From Eledone cirrhosa (lineage: Eukaryota): a stretch of DNA of 64,000 bases. Shown here piece after piece: positions 14,560 through 27,314 of the stretch. Each line of letters opens with the position of its first letter. Within the stretch, counting starts at the first letter, position 1. The stretch covers positions 111,104,001-111,168,000 of the forward strand of contig OZ024741.1 in assembly GCA_964016885.1 (NCBI GenBank), read 5' to 3'. A model generated the notes under the pieces. It did no database searches. It saw only the letters and a list, made by a program, of their open reading frames with translations, and was not told the origin of the DNA. The position numbers were made by a program, and so were the translations under genes.

Positions 14560-14758
14560 GAGGGTGTAACACATGGCATTGGTATTTATAGATACATCAG
14601 AGAATCAAGTGAATGAAAACAATAACATCAATAATAAAAGATAATAAACAATAATAAAAGTATAAATAAGTAAAAATGAAAATGATAAAGATGTAAAAAA
14701 TAAGTACAAAATACGGTTACTGATAATAGTAGTAGTGGTGGTGGTTGAAGTTATAATT

Positions 14759-14856
14759 GTTTCTACTTTTGGCACAAGGCCAGCAAATACCCAGTACATT
14801 ACTGGTACTTTATTTTATCGACCTCGTAAGGATGAAAGGCAAAGTCAACCTCGGCG
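14759..14856 (-). mobile_element. 5'-truncated tRNA-derived SINE (family with gcctttcatcctt..ggtcgataaa..gtaccag core)
   Basis: Matches other copies in the window; flanked by TSD gttgaagttataat. Confidence 0.85.
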
Positions 14857-14946
14857 GTTGAAGTTATAATGGTGAGTAAGTGGATGTGTAAAATAGTGAT
14901 GACATAAATGATAACAATAACACGAAAAGAAATACGAAATATATGA

Positions 14947-17900
14947 TGCCTCCCTCTCTCTCTTAGCAAGTATAAAATGAATCTGTCGGTGGTCAATTTC
15001 GATAATTCTGTCAGACCCTCAAAAACAATCTTCTCGTATTTAAACTCTGATTACTGTTATACGTTCGTTTAATAACCTTCTCGTATTTAAACTCTGATTA
15101 CTGTTATACGTTCGTTTGTAGGTTTAGATTATAAAAAAAATAACCTCTTCCTCTACAATGCATTGTTTATAAGCCTACAGGCCTCCTCACAGCCTCCCTC
15201 TCTCTTAGCAAGTATAAAATGAACCTGTCGGTGGTCAATTTCAGAATTCTTTGAATCTTCATCCCTGCCGAAAGGACGTTTGAGAAATGTAATGTATTTC
15301 ACGCCATTTTCTTGTCTCTCTATGTTTTACACGGTCCATTTACTTAGAATCCAATCTTTCAATTTTATTTGCTAATTCTGTCAGTACCTCAAAAACAATC
15401 TTCTTGTATTTAAACTCTGATTACTGTTATATGTTCGTTTAATACACTGATTACTGTTATACGTTCATTTGTAGGTTTAGATTATAAAAAAAATAACCTT
15501 CTCATTAACTTCCCCATATCCCTCTCCCCCCACTCGTCACCATTATTAGATGGTCCAATCATAATTCAGAGGCTTATACGTTTCTCTTACCAATCTCTTA
15601 CACAAAACCACCGCATTGGCTATTCACTCCCTAAGTTTAAACCTGGTTGCCTTTGATATGCTAGATGGACTGTAGAATTCTGGAGAGTCAAAGAATCTGG
15701 ACACTCAAATGACAATGTCAAAGATAAAGATAAATTCACCTTATGTGGCCGGACAAAAATGCAAGGATTCCTCTTTATTTCAGACACGGATGGCAAACAT
15801 AACCCCATCTCCCTCACCCCTCCCTACACCTCCAACCCATCCCTTCCACCCACCAAACGAAATCCAAAACTTCAGAGTTGGTACCATGAATGTAGGCACT
15901 TTAAAATGTCACTCTAACGAGGTTGTAGAGATGCTTGAACGTAAGGAAGTTGATGCTTGTTGCGTCCAAGAGACTAGGTAGATTCATTGTGGGTAAAAAA
16001 CGATGCTATAAACTTTTCTGGGTGGGAAATGAAAATGGGCTGGGTGGAGTAAGAATTATGTTAGCAGAATAGAGTGAACGACAGAATAATCAAAATAAGA
16101 CTTGTCCTAAATAGAACTACTGTAACAATAATATCCGCTTACGCACCCCAATCTGGACTGCTTGGCGTTATAAAAGACAGATTCTATGAGTCACTAATAC
16201 TCACTACCTCCCAACTAACCGACAGTGACTACATAATTATTGCTGGCGAACTAAATGGTCATGTTGGACAACATTGTGACGGCTATGAGGGAATCTATGG
16301 AGACTACGGGTTTGGTACCAGAAATGAGGAAGGCTTCAGAATCCTGGAATTCTATGATGCAAATAACCTAACTATCTGTAACACAAACTTCAAAAAATGA
16401 GACAATCACTTGATCACCTATAGATCAGGGGAACACGCCAGTCAGATAGATTATATCCTTACCAGAAGATGTGACAAAGTGTCTGTTGTAAACACTAAAT
16501 CCCTTCCCCGCGAAGAATGCACCTCCCAACATAGCCTCATAGTTAGTGACCTCATAGTCAGGACGAGACATACTCGACAACAGAGGAGGACTACCCTGAG
16601 AAGAAGAATATGGAAGTTAAAGGACCCCACAGCCAGTAACAAATTTAAAAGCATATTATTGATGCTTTTGACAGTAAGGAAGAGCAATTAGAGGCGTACA
16701 GTATAGAGGAACAGTGGGAATTCCTGAAAGTTAACCTGCTGAAGGCGACAGATGAAATCTGTGGCTGGAGCAAACCTATAGGCAGGAGGAGAGTAACAAG
16801 GTGGTGGAATAGTAAGGTGGAGGAGTCAATCAAGGCCAAAAAGCAGGCTTGGAAAGTATGGCGGGATGGGGGAAGTAGAGGACACTATCAAGTGGCCAGG
16901 AGGGAAGCCAGGAGACAAGTGTACTTTGCAAGAAGGGAAGCAGAGGAAAGAAGGTTCAAGCATGGTCTACAACGCGAGGACCAAAAACGTGAGGTGTTCA
17001 GGATTGCTAGACAATGTGTCAAGGAAAACCATGATATTGTCGGGGAGAAGTGTGTCCATAATGATGATGTTGTATTTGCGCTCACTGACGCTGATAAGAA
17101 GATAGCTTCGAAGTGTCACTACGAGAAGCTACTAAATGAGGAGAATAAATGGGAAAAAGATAGTCTGCCCCAAATCGATCCAATAGAAGGACCAGCGGTG
17201 CAAGTTAAAGGTAGTATAATAAGTAAGGCAATCAAAGATATGAAGACAGGCAAGGCAGCTGGGCCTTCGGAGATAGTTGCTGAAATGCTGAAAGCATCTG
17301 GATTGGTGGGACACACAATGGTCACCCGGATAGTAAACCAAGTCATACAGAATGGGGTCATACCAAATGACTGGCGTAGCATCATCATTAACTGCTACAA
17401 AGGTAAAGGAGATGCCCTAGATAGGGGAAACTATAGAGGCATTAAATTAATTGACCAGGTCATGAAGGTCACAGAAAGAGTTATAGCGCAACTAATCAGA
17501 GAGCAAATTGATCTAGATGAAATGCAGTTTGGGTTTGTGTCAGGTAAAAGTACCACAGACGCTCTTTTCCTTGTACGACAACTACAGGAGAAGTACCTAG
17601 CTAAAAGTAAACCCCTATACTTAGCTTTTGTCGACTTGGAGAAAGCTTTTGATAGAGTCCCCCGCTCCATTATCTGGTGGGCTCTTAGAAAACTAGGTGT
17701 AGATGAATGGCTCGTGAGAGCTATACAAGCCATGTATAAAGAAACAGTCAGCAAGGTTAGAATTAACAACGAATATAGTGAAGAATTTAGCTTAAAAGTT
17801 GGTGTTCATCAGGGCTCTGTCCTTAGCCCCCTACTATTTATTATTGCCCTTCAGGCTATAACAGGATTTCAAGACCGGCTGCCCATGGGAACTTCTATAC

Positions 17901-18633
17901 GCAAATGATCTAACGCTCATATCTGAATCAATGGCTGAACTAGAGAAGAAATTCCAAACTTGGAAGCATGGCCTAGAATCAAAAGGCCTTAAAATTAACT
18001 TGTCTAAGACTAAAGTTTTAGTATGTAGGAAGGAAAATAGGGCACTGGTCCCCTCTGGGAAATGACCATGCTCAGTGTGTAGGAAAGGAGTAGGCAGAAA
18101 CTCCATTTTATGTCCCAAATACAAAGTATGGGTGCATAAAAGATGTAGTGGGATCACAGGTAAGCTAACTAAGAACATAGATTTTATATGTGGCTGGTGC
18201 TCAGGTGCAATAAGTAGTAGCAAGTGCTCACAGGATACTAGCTCCTTCCATTGCCCAGATGGTTCTATAGAAATAGTGGACACCTTCCGTTACCTGGGTG
18301 ACAAAATCAGCAGTGGTGGAGGGTACTCTGAAAGTACAGTAGCTAGAGTCAGAACGGGATGGAAAAAGTTCAGAGAGCTTATACCATTATTGGCCGCTAA
18401 AGGGTTCTCTCTAAAAATGAAAGGCAGACTGTATGATGCCTGCATACGAACAGCAATGTTACATGGCAGTGAGACATGAGCATTGTTTGCAGAGGATCTG
18501 TGCAGACTGGAGAGGAACGAAGCTTGCATGCTCCATTGGATGTGTAATAGTAATATATGTGAATGGCAAAGCATAAATGAACTAAGTGAGAAATTAGGAA
18601 TAAGAGGGATCAGATGCTGTTTACTCGAAAGAA
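14947..18633 (+). mobile_element. Decayed RTE LINE with repeated upstream/5' UTR segments; 3' end cut off
   Basis: APE (VGTMNVGTL, CVQETR, SAYAPQ, SQIDYIL), RT and PHD-like cluster in broken ORFs 15709-18630; internal direct repeats at 14947-15500. Confidence 0.9.
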
Positions 18634-19857
18634 GTTATGTAGAAGCTTGTATAAGATCAACAGATACTTATTCAAGTGGGCTCTTATGAATCTTCAGTGG
18701 TTACCCAGTAACATTAATATTGATAACCAAATCAACATCAATATTTAGCGATAATCACCATCAGTGCTTGAGGGGACTGCTAGGTTGTTAGTCCAGCAGT
18801 TCTAAAGAAAATCTCACACTGTCCCGAAAATGGGAGGAAGCAGGCTACCGCCAAAAACAATACATGCGCAGGTCGTTGAACTCTGACAAGAATTCAAGCC
18901 ACGTGCTAAGAACTCAATTGGATATGAAAAAATAACCATATGTGCGCATCGTTTTATGACACATATAGATTGTAGTGACCTACATTCCGCGGGCTCACAT
19001 ACATTCTTTGTGCGTGATTTGGCTCAGCTCAGCCAATCAGCGCCAGCAGAAGAGGATGTATCCCTACGCGTCTTGAGAGAGAAATTACCCGCGAAGATTT
19101 GAAGAAAATCTCTCTCTCGCACCTGGGACTTCGAACCAGCAACACGTACATGTGACGGTGAGATTTTGCACCTTAACCTGCCGACTTTCCGGCGCAATGA
19201 CTCATTCCCTTTTGTAACCTCATTTTTATGTGTAACTTCAACCATACAAGTTAACCAACATTATTTGTGCTACAACAAAAATAAACATACATTTCATCTC
19301 TAATTTCTGCTGTTGACATCATTATTATGTTACTCGTGTCTCAATAACATTTAATTTACCATGCTGATTATTTGGCGATCGGCTCTCGGTCAGTTCACTC
19401 ACGAGTAAGTTTGTTAACCTTATTATATCTGTATCGAATTTAATTAGTGGTTGGCCTGCAGTGGCGTTTACTAAAGTAAATAACCCTGTGACCAATTCCT
19501 CTAAATTGGTGACCTTCGACGACTAAGTATGAAAATGCAGCCTATTTGAATTCGCCATTCGTTTTAACGGCAATGTGGAGTGGCTTAACATTTGGAATGT
19601 TCGAATCGGGTAGCTAGACTCACTTAGCGTAAGTCCATAAAATTCATAATATTCCATTTGTTGAAGCACGCGGCCTGCACAATATTTCTGTCATAACTTT
19701 CATGGTAACACTAGTAACTCACGCATACAGACGAACACAAAAATACAACACAAAAGAGTCTTCAACGGATTTCGGACTTCCAGTATATCCTTTTGGTCAT
19801 ATAGCTGCTTCAGGGACATAATTCGTCCTTAAAAATTTTTCAAAATCTTCGGCAATC

Positions 19858-20654
19858 ATGAATCCACATCATTTGCCGACCTTCGCAGGCGACGTCAGAT
19901 TATGGTTTCCGCAGCTCGAATGCTACTTCGACTTGACCCATACTAAGGAACCAAACAGGTTAAAGGTCCTGATCAATGGCCTGCCTGTTTCCTTGGCATT
20001 CTCGGTGAAGGAGTGGTGACGGATTTGGACGCCGACGTTACCTACGGCTCGTTAAAAACCGAAATTCTTCGGAGAAATACCAAGTCGGTGGAAAGTCGTT
20101 TTCGGGAGTTGTTGGAGGATGCGCAAATGGGTGACAGAACGCCGAGCTCCTATTTGCGACATTTGCGGGAGTTGAGCGACTCCCAGGGGATGGACACCCC
20201 ATTCATAAAACAGCTCTTTTTCTCACGTTTACCGCCAAGTGTGCAAAGGATTTTGGTTAATAGTTTGGAGAGGGAGTCGTTAGAGCAACTTGCCGCATCC
20301 GCGGATTGAATACTTGAGGTGGACTCTAACAGCAATCGGCATAATCCTTGTGTGACTTCTTCTTCTGTTCCCCCACGCAATTCTTCTGTGGCCGACAGCA
20401 AACTGTTGGAGATGATCGAAGCGGAGGATTTGACCGCACAACATAGAGAGCCTTCTCAACGTTTAAGGTACCGTTCGCCTCCGTCTGCTATTCCTTGAAA
20501 CCGCTACGAGTACCGTTCGCCACCGTCTTCTGTTCCTCGCCAACACTACACTTCAGGCAGCAGTAATTCTTCGATTTGTTGGTATCATGTTAACTTTGGC
20601 AGTCGGGCGCCTTGCAACTATAGGAGTTCGGAAAACGCCAATCAGAGCCACTAG
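19858..20654 (+). pseudogene. Disrupted gag
   Basis: MNPHHLPTFAGDVRLWF..., MGDRTPSSYLRHLREL, ICWYHVNFG; frameshifts and stops. Confidence 0.8.
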
Positions 20655-20701
20655 GGGCGGCTAGTGAACTCTGGGAAACTCGACCAAACCGTCATCTTTT
20701 T

Positions 20702-23700
20702 GTGTACGATCTGCAGTCAAAAAAATTTTTTCTTGTCGACACTGGCGCGTCACTAAGTATTTGGCCAGTCAGTTATCTTAAAAAAACCCCATCTGAATCA
20801 AATATCAATTTACGAGCAATCAACAACACGGCCATTCGAACGTACGGGCAAATTTCGCTTCCTCTTCGGTTTAAAAATTTGCGTCGTGAATTGAAGTGGA
20901 AGTTTACTATCGCTGACTTGCCATACGCCATTTTGGGAGCGGATTTCCTCCACCATTTTTCCTTGTCGATTGACATCCGCAGACAACGACTTTTTGATGC
21001 TAATACAGGCCTATCGTTCGAGGGTTCAAAGCCGGAGATCGCCACAGTAAGCCCTGCTTTTTTCTTGGCTGAAGTGGGCAACCAGTATCACAGTTTGTTA
21101 AAATCATTCCCACAGCTGACGCAAGGAAGATTACGAATTGCTAGTCCGGATCATGTGATTGAACACTTTATATCCACTACAGGTCCACCCGTTTTCTCAC
21201 GTCCTCGAAGATTATCTGTAAAGAAGTTGAAAGCTGCACGTCTTGAATTCGACCACATGCTGGAATTAGGAATAATTTGGCGTTCCACAAGTCCTTGGGC
21301 ATCGCCTCTGCATATGGTACTTAAATTTTCTGGTGATTGGAGACCGACGGGTGACTACCGACGCTTAAACGTGATTACTGTGCCTGACCGTTATCCAATG
21401 CCGCATTTACAGGATTTTGCATCGTCATTGCAGGGTTGCAGAATCTTTTCTAAGCTTGATTTGATCCGCGCTTATAATAAAATTCCGGTTAAAAAGGAGG
21501 ATATTCCAAAGACTGCCATTGCCACTCCTTTCGGATCATTCGAGTTCCTCACTATGCCTTTCGGACTTAGAAATGCTGCAAGTACTTTCCAACGATTCAT
21601 GGATGATGTCACTCGTGGTCTCGATTTTGTTTACATGTATATCGATGATGTACTGATTGCTAGTTCTTCTCCTGAACAACATTCCAAACATTTGGATATC
21701 TTATTTCGGCGTTTACAGAAATATAATGTTCATCTTAATGCCGCTAAGTGTGTTTTCGGCTCGACATTGGTAACATTTTTGGGCCATCTTATTGATGCTG
21801 ATGGTATTCGGCCCCTTCCGGAAAAAGTTAAGGCAATTTTGGATTTGCCTCCGCCAAGTTCGCTTCGACAATTACGGCAATTCTTGGGCCTTGTGAATTT
21901 TTATAGGCAATTCGTGCCTAATTGTTTCAGCTTACTGTCCTCGTTGACAGAAATTTTTAAAAACTGTCGACAGAAGAATATGAACATTTCATTAAATGCA
22001 ACGCACCTGGCGGATTTTGAGAAAGTGAAGAAAGCGTTAGCGACTGGATCTTTGCTCGCCCACCCCATGCCCAACGTGGAGCTGTCGCTCTGTGTTGATG
22101 CTTCGGATAGCGCCGTGGGCGCAGTCTTACAGCAGAAGTGTGAGGGGTTACAGCAACCACTCGAGTTCTTTTCGAGAAAGTTAAAGCCTGCCGAAACTCG
22201 CTATAGCATCTTTGGCAGGGAGCTATTAGCAATTTATTTATCAGTGAAACATTTTGCTCATGTACTTGAAGGTAGAATGTTCACTATTTTCACTGATCAT
22301 AAACCTTTGACGTTTGCTCTTCGAACTAAAGCAGACAAATACTCGCCCAGAGAAACGAGACATCTGGACTTCATCTCACAGTTCACGAACGACATTCAAC
22401 ATATTCCGGGTTCTTTGAATACAGCGGCCGATGCGCTGTCTCGCCTGCCGATCGCATCGATTTCGTCTTCCGAGGAGATAAATTTACATCGAATGGCAGC
22501 TGCTCAACCCACTCTCGAATCATTGGATGTTACATCGCCAGAGTTTGTACATTGCAAACTGAAATACATTCTGATCTCAATGGCTGACGGACAAATACTG
22601 TGTGATGTTTCGTTGGACTCACCACGACCTCTAGTCCCAGTGGAACATCGACGAACTGTGTTTCTTGCTTTACATGGCATTTCTCACCCTGGAGTATCAG
22701 CCTCAGTAAAACTCATAACAGTCAGATTTTTCTGGCCTGATATGAGACGTGACATTGCTGCTTGGTGCCATTCCTGTGTCGCTTGCCAAAAGTCAAAAGT
22801 TTGTAAGCACGTTAAAACTCCTCTCGGAACTTTCACCTGTCCTGATGCCAGATTTCGTCACATTCATGTGGACATCGTCGGCCCGTGGCCGATTAGTCGT
22901 GGTTATTCGTATATTTTGACGATCGTTGACCGTTTTTCGCGTTGGCCTGAAGCCATCCCTATGACAGATATCACTGCTGAAACGACAGCGCGTACTCTCG
23001 TATCTGCATGGATCGCTCGTTTTGGAGTACCAACCACAATAACAACAGACCGCGGTTGTCAATTTGAATCGAACCTCTTCCGTGAATTAACACAAATTAT
23101 TGGCGCCACTCACATAAGAACCACGGCATATCATCCAGCATCAAACGGAATGGTGGAAAGATTCCACAGGCAACTCAAAGCCTCCTTAAGGGCTTCCATG
23201 GACTCTTCATGTTGGAGTGAGTACCTACCTATTGTGTTGTTGGGTATTCGGTCGACGGTAAAGGTGGACCTTGGGTTCTCCTCTGCCGAATTAGTTTATG
23301 GTACTCCTCTGGTGTTACCGGGGCAAATGCTGGCCCCTTTTGACCTGACTTCGCAGGACCCCGCTTCCTACGTGTCCCGGCTTCACTCTTATTTCAAGGA
23401 TCTACCACCGATGGGCACTAGGAAGCAGACTGTAAAAACTGCCATCCCAAGGGATATTGCCTTGTGGACACGTGTTCATCAGAGACGACGCCGTGCGACC
23501 CCCTCTTCGACGGCCGTACCCTGGACCCTATCGTGTGCTTGCTCGCACAGACAAACATTTCACACTGGACATTCGGGGTTCCAGGGAAACGGTTTCCGTT
23601 GATCGTCTCAAACGAGCAAACCTGGACAATGACACAATGACACTTGAAACTCAAATGCCCCCTTCTTTTTCTTTGCCACATTTGCCTATTTCTTCTCCCC

Positions 23701-23795
23701 CCCCCCCCCCCCCCACACCATCAACATACAGAACTATGACCCGTCCTGGGCGAAGGGTGCATTGGCCTCGTAAGCTATGCAGTAATATAAACTGA
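20702..23795 (+). CDS. Gypsy pol polyprotein (protease, RT, RNase H, integrase), frameshift near ~23465
   Basis: FLVDTGAS; SPWASPL, DYRRLN, YIDD; DAS..RELLA; HHCC and DDE integrase; the GPY tail continues in ORF 23457-23795. Confidence 0.93.
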
Positions 23796-24699
23796 ATTGT
23801 ATTCTTTTCTTCTTCCAATTGTTTTTGCTGTATATTTCATTGTCTTGCTTTTTGATTCTTGACTGCCTACGGCAGTGTCAATATATGTTATTTTTCGTAA
23901 CATTACGACTGTTGTCAATTCTGACACAGTCCCTTTTTTTCGTGCATTTTTATAGCTATGCTACATGTGGCATTTTCTGTGCCTAGCAAAAAATTTATTT
24001 GTGTTTATCGCATTTGGGACCCCTTTATTGCGAAGAGTGTTACCTTTTCATGCATTTTGCATCTTTTGCTGTACATTTTTTTTTACTGTGTTAATGCTTG
24101 CAGACATGAACCTTTTTCTTGCTGATTCAATAATCTGTATCGACTTCCATCTAGAAGGGGGGTATTGTAGTGACCTACATTCCGCGGGCTCACATACATT
24201 CTCTGCGCGTGATTTGGCTCAGCTCAGCCAATCAGCGCCAGCAGAAGAGGATGTATCTCTACGTGTCCTGAGAGAGAAATTACCCGCGAAGATTTGAAGA
24301 AAATCTCTCTCTCGCACCTGGGACTTCGAACCAGCAACACGTACATGTGACGGTGAGATTTTGCACCTTAACCTGCTGACTTTCCGGCGCAATGACACAT
24401 TCCCTTTTGTAACCTCATTTTTATGTGTAACTTCAACCATACAAGTTAACCAACATTATTTGTGCTACAACAAAAATAAACATACATTTCATCTCTAATT
24501 TCTGCTGTTGACATCATTATTATGTTACTTGTGTCTCAATAACATTTAATTTACCATGCTGATTATTTGGCGACCGGCTCTTGGTCAGTTCACTCACGAG
24601 TAAGTTTGTTAACCTTATTATATCTGTATCGAATTTAATTAGTGGTTGGCCTGCAGTGGCGTTTACCAAAGTAAATAACCCTGTGACCAATTCCTCTAA

Positions 24700-25165
24700 A
24701 GATATTTTCTCAGGCAAAATAACAGAATGAGATACAAGAACTAACAATCAATATTCATATAAAAAATAACCATATGTGCACATCGTTTTATGACTCGTTT
24801 TATGACTAGATATTTTCTCGGGCAAAATAACAGAAAGAGATACAAGAACTAACAACCAAACCATATGTGCACATCGTTTTATGACTCGTTTTATGACTAG
24901 ATATTTTCTCGGGCAAAATAACAGAATGAGCTACAAGAACTAACAATCAATATTCATATAAAAAATAACCATATGTGCACATCGTTTTATGACTCGTTTT
25001 ATGACTAGATATTTTCTCGGGCAAAATAACAGAAAGAGATACAAGAACTAACAACCAAACCATATGTGCACATCGTTTTATGACTCGTTTTATGACTAGA
25101 TATTTTCTCGGGCAAAATAACAGAATGAGCTACAAGAACTAACAATCAATATTCATATAAAAAAT
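24700..25165. repeat. Alternating ~97/83-bp tandem repeat
   Basis: agatattttctcgggcaaaataacagaa...ccatatgtgcacatcgttttatgac, about 5 copies. Confidence 0.9.
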
Positions 25166-25406
25166 AAACAAAGAGAGTCATATCTTATATCGGGAAAGTT
25201 CATATCTGTTGCTCCAAGAGTAAATATATAAATACATAATCGGAGAAAGCTAAAAGCGATACTCCGGCCAAATTCCAACTCACTCAACAAACATTAGGAA
25301 ATACCTGAGTATATTCCCAATTAATCGTTTGGAGTGCTAACTATATTGTATTGTGTGGATAATTGGCTATATTATTTCATATGAGATATATCAAATATAT
25401 CATTTC

Positions 25407-25527
25407 CCAGACGACTCGTTTCATTATAAGATTTCTACAAGTTGGGTGAAATTTTACCAAGTTATGTAGAAGCTTGTATAAGATCAACAGATACTTATTC
25501 AAGTGGGCTCTTATAAATCTTCAGTGG
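25407..25527 (-). ncRNA. Hammerhead ribozyme with branched stem II
   Basis: Minus strand: CCA CTGAAGA t TTATAAGA..~75 nt..TCTTATAA t GAAACGAGTCGTC TGG; GUC site. Confidence 0.8.
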
Positions 25528-25714
25528 TTACCCAATAACATTAATATTGATAACCAAATCAACATCAATATTTAGCGATAATCACCATCAGTGCTTGGGG
25601 GGACTGCTAGGTTGTTAGTCCAGCAGTTCTAAAGAAAATCTCACACTGTCCCGAAAATGGGAGGAAGGAGGCTACCGCCAAAAATAATACCTATATATAT
25701 TATTATGTACATAT

Positions 25715-27295
25715 ATATATATATATCCAAAATTAAATTAAGGTAAGGTTGTCATGTCTGAGAGACATGCACCATATTCACTGCAGAATAAGCTCAAAGA
25801 TTCCAATGAATAGTTCCAAGCATTTTATATCAACTAGAAATAGATTGACACATCATCATCATCATCATCATCATCGTTTAACGTCCATCTTCCACGCTTG
25901 CATGGGTTTGGACGGGAGTTTTCCCACTTGAGGCAAGAGTGGTTGTCTTGCTCGCATAGGACTGTCTGGCGGGTTTTCTATGGCTGGGTGCCCTTCCTAA
26001 CACCAACCACATTTACAGTCTGGACTGGGAGGTTTTTACCGTGTTACCTACACGGACACACTACAGCGTGGACTGTGTGTTTTTTTGTCGTGACACCTAC
26101 ACAATCTCATTTGTTTCGGACTGGATGTTGTGGTACCAACATAACTTTACATTGAAGGGGCGGTGTGGATGGGGTGGGGGTGGTGGGACGGGGGTGTATT
26201 TTTGTTAGAGGTGCCTACTGACTGTAGTACGTTTCACTTTGTACTTAGGTAAGGCGGGTCTTCTGTATTACTGTGTAGCGCCAAAGATCTCGGTCCAGTG
26301 ACATTGTCTTGGAGAGGTGTAAGTGTGGGAGGTCGGAATTTATCAAGTCGTCCCAGGTTTTTCTGGGTCTGCCTACTCCGTGGCTACCGTCTATTTTTAT
26401 TGCCCTGCACTTTTTTATACAGCTGTCGTCTTTCATGCGCATCACGTGACCATACCAACGTAGTCTTCTCTCGAGTAAACAACATCTGATCTCTCTTATT
26501 TCTAATTTTTTCCCTTAGTTTGTTTATGCTTTGCCGTTCACGTATATTACTATTACACATCCAGCGGAGCATGCAAGCTTCGTTCCTCTCCAGTCTGCGT
26601 ATATCCTCTGCACACAATGCCCAGGTCTCACTGCCATGTAACATTGCTGTTCCACATATATATATAAAATAAACACATGAAACAATCTCAGGGAATAATT
26701 TGTAAAGTGTGTAAGCACACATAGCTAGGTAGGTAACTAATTAAAGTTTAATTAGAACTTCAAATATAGGTACCTTTTAAAAATGATTAATCTCCTTTGT
26801 ATATATTTCTTTAAATAAAAAATATATTTCTTTAAATAAAAAATATATTTCACCAATTAATCCGTAAATCACAGCAGTCAAATCCTGGATGGTCACCAAA
26901 GGAGAAGATCCAACCATCTGTGTTTACACAGCAAATGCAAATCTGTGAATTACTCGAACCATGTGTTGCATTTTATAAAAAATACAGACATTGCACCGCG
27001 TCATCCCAGTGGCGTGATAGGATTATCGACAGCTAGAAATAGCAGCCGAGTCCATTCAACTGAATTAGCTCTACAATCAAGGGGCCATATATATATATCC
27101 AAAATTAAATTAAGGTAAGGTTGTCATGTCTGAGAGACATGCGCCATATTCACTGCAGAATAAGCTCAAAGATTCCAATGAAAAGTTCCGAGCATTTTAT
27201 ATCAACTAGAAATAGATTGACACATATATATATAAAATAAACACATGAAACAATCTCAGGGAATAATTTGTAAAGTGTGTAAGCACACATAGCTA
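25715..27295. repeat. ~205-bp direct repeat pair; first copy split by an RTE insertion
   Basis: 25715-25852 plus 26652-26726 matches 27088-27295. Confidence 0.85.
25853..26651 (-). mobile_element. RTE LINE 3' fragment
   Basis: TAMLHGSETW...GRPRKTW, shared 3' UTR, (GAT)n tail; short cacat target duplication. Confidence 0.9.
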
Positions 27296-27314
27296 TATAT
27301 ATATATATATAAAT

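Larger units (their letters stand above)
18971..24699 (+). mobile_element. Full-length Ty3/Gypsy LTR retrotransposon, CsRn1-like lineage
   Basis: 534-bp LTRs at 18971-19504 and 24166-24699 (~98% identical); AGAT TSD; PBS TGGTGACCTTCGACG (tRNA-Trp-like); PPT AGAAGGGGGG; gag CWYH..FG motif; PR-RT-RH-IN order. Confidence 0.95.
18632..25690 (-). mobile_element. Non-coding hammerhead-bearing element with ~232-bp direct terminal repeats (retrozyme/pLTR-tandem-like), interrupted by the LTR retrotransposon
   Basis: 18632-18863 matches 25459-25690; sequence is continuous across the LTR insertion; hammerhead at 25407-25527. Confidence 0.7.
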
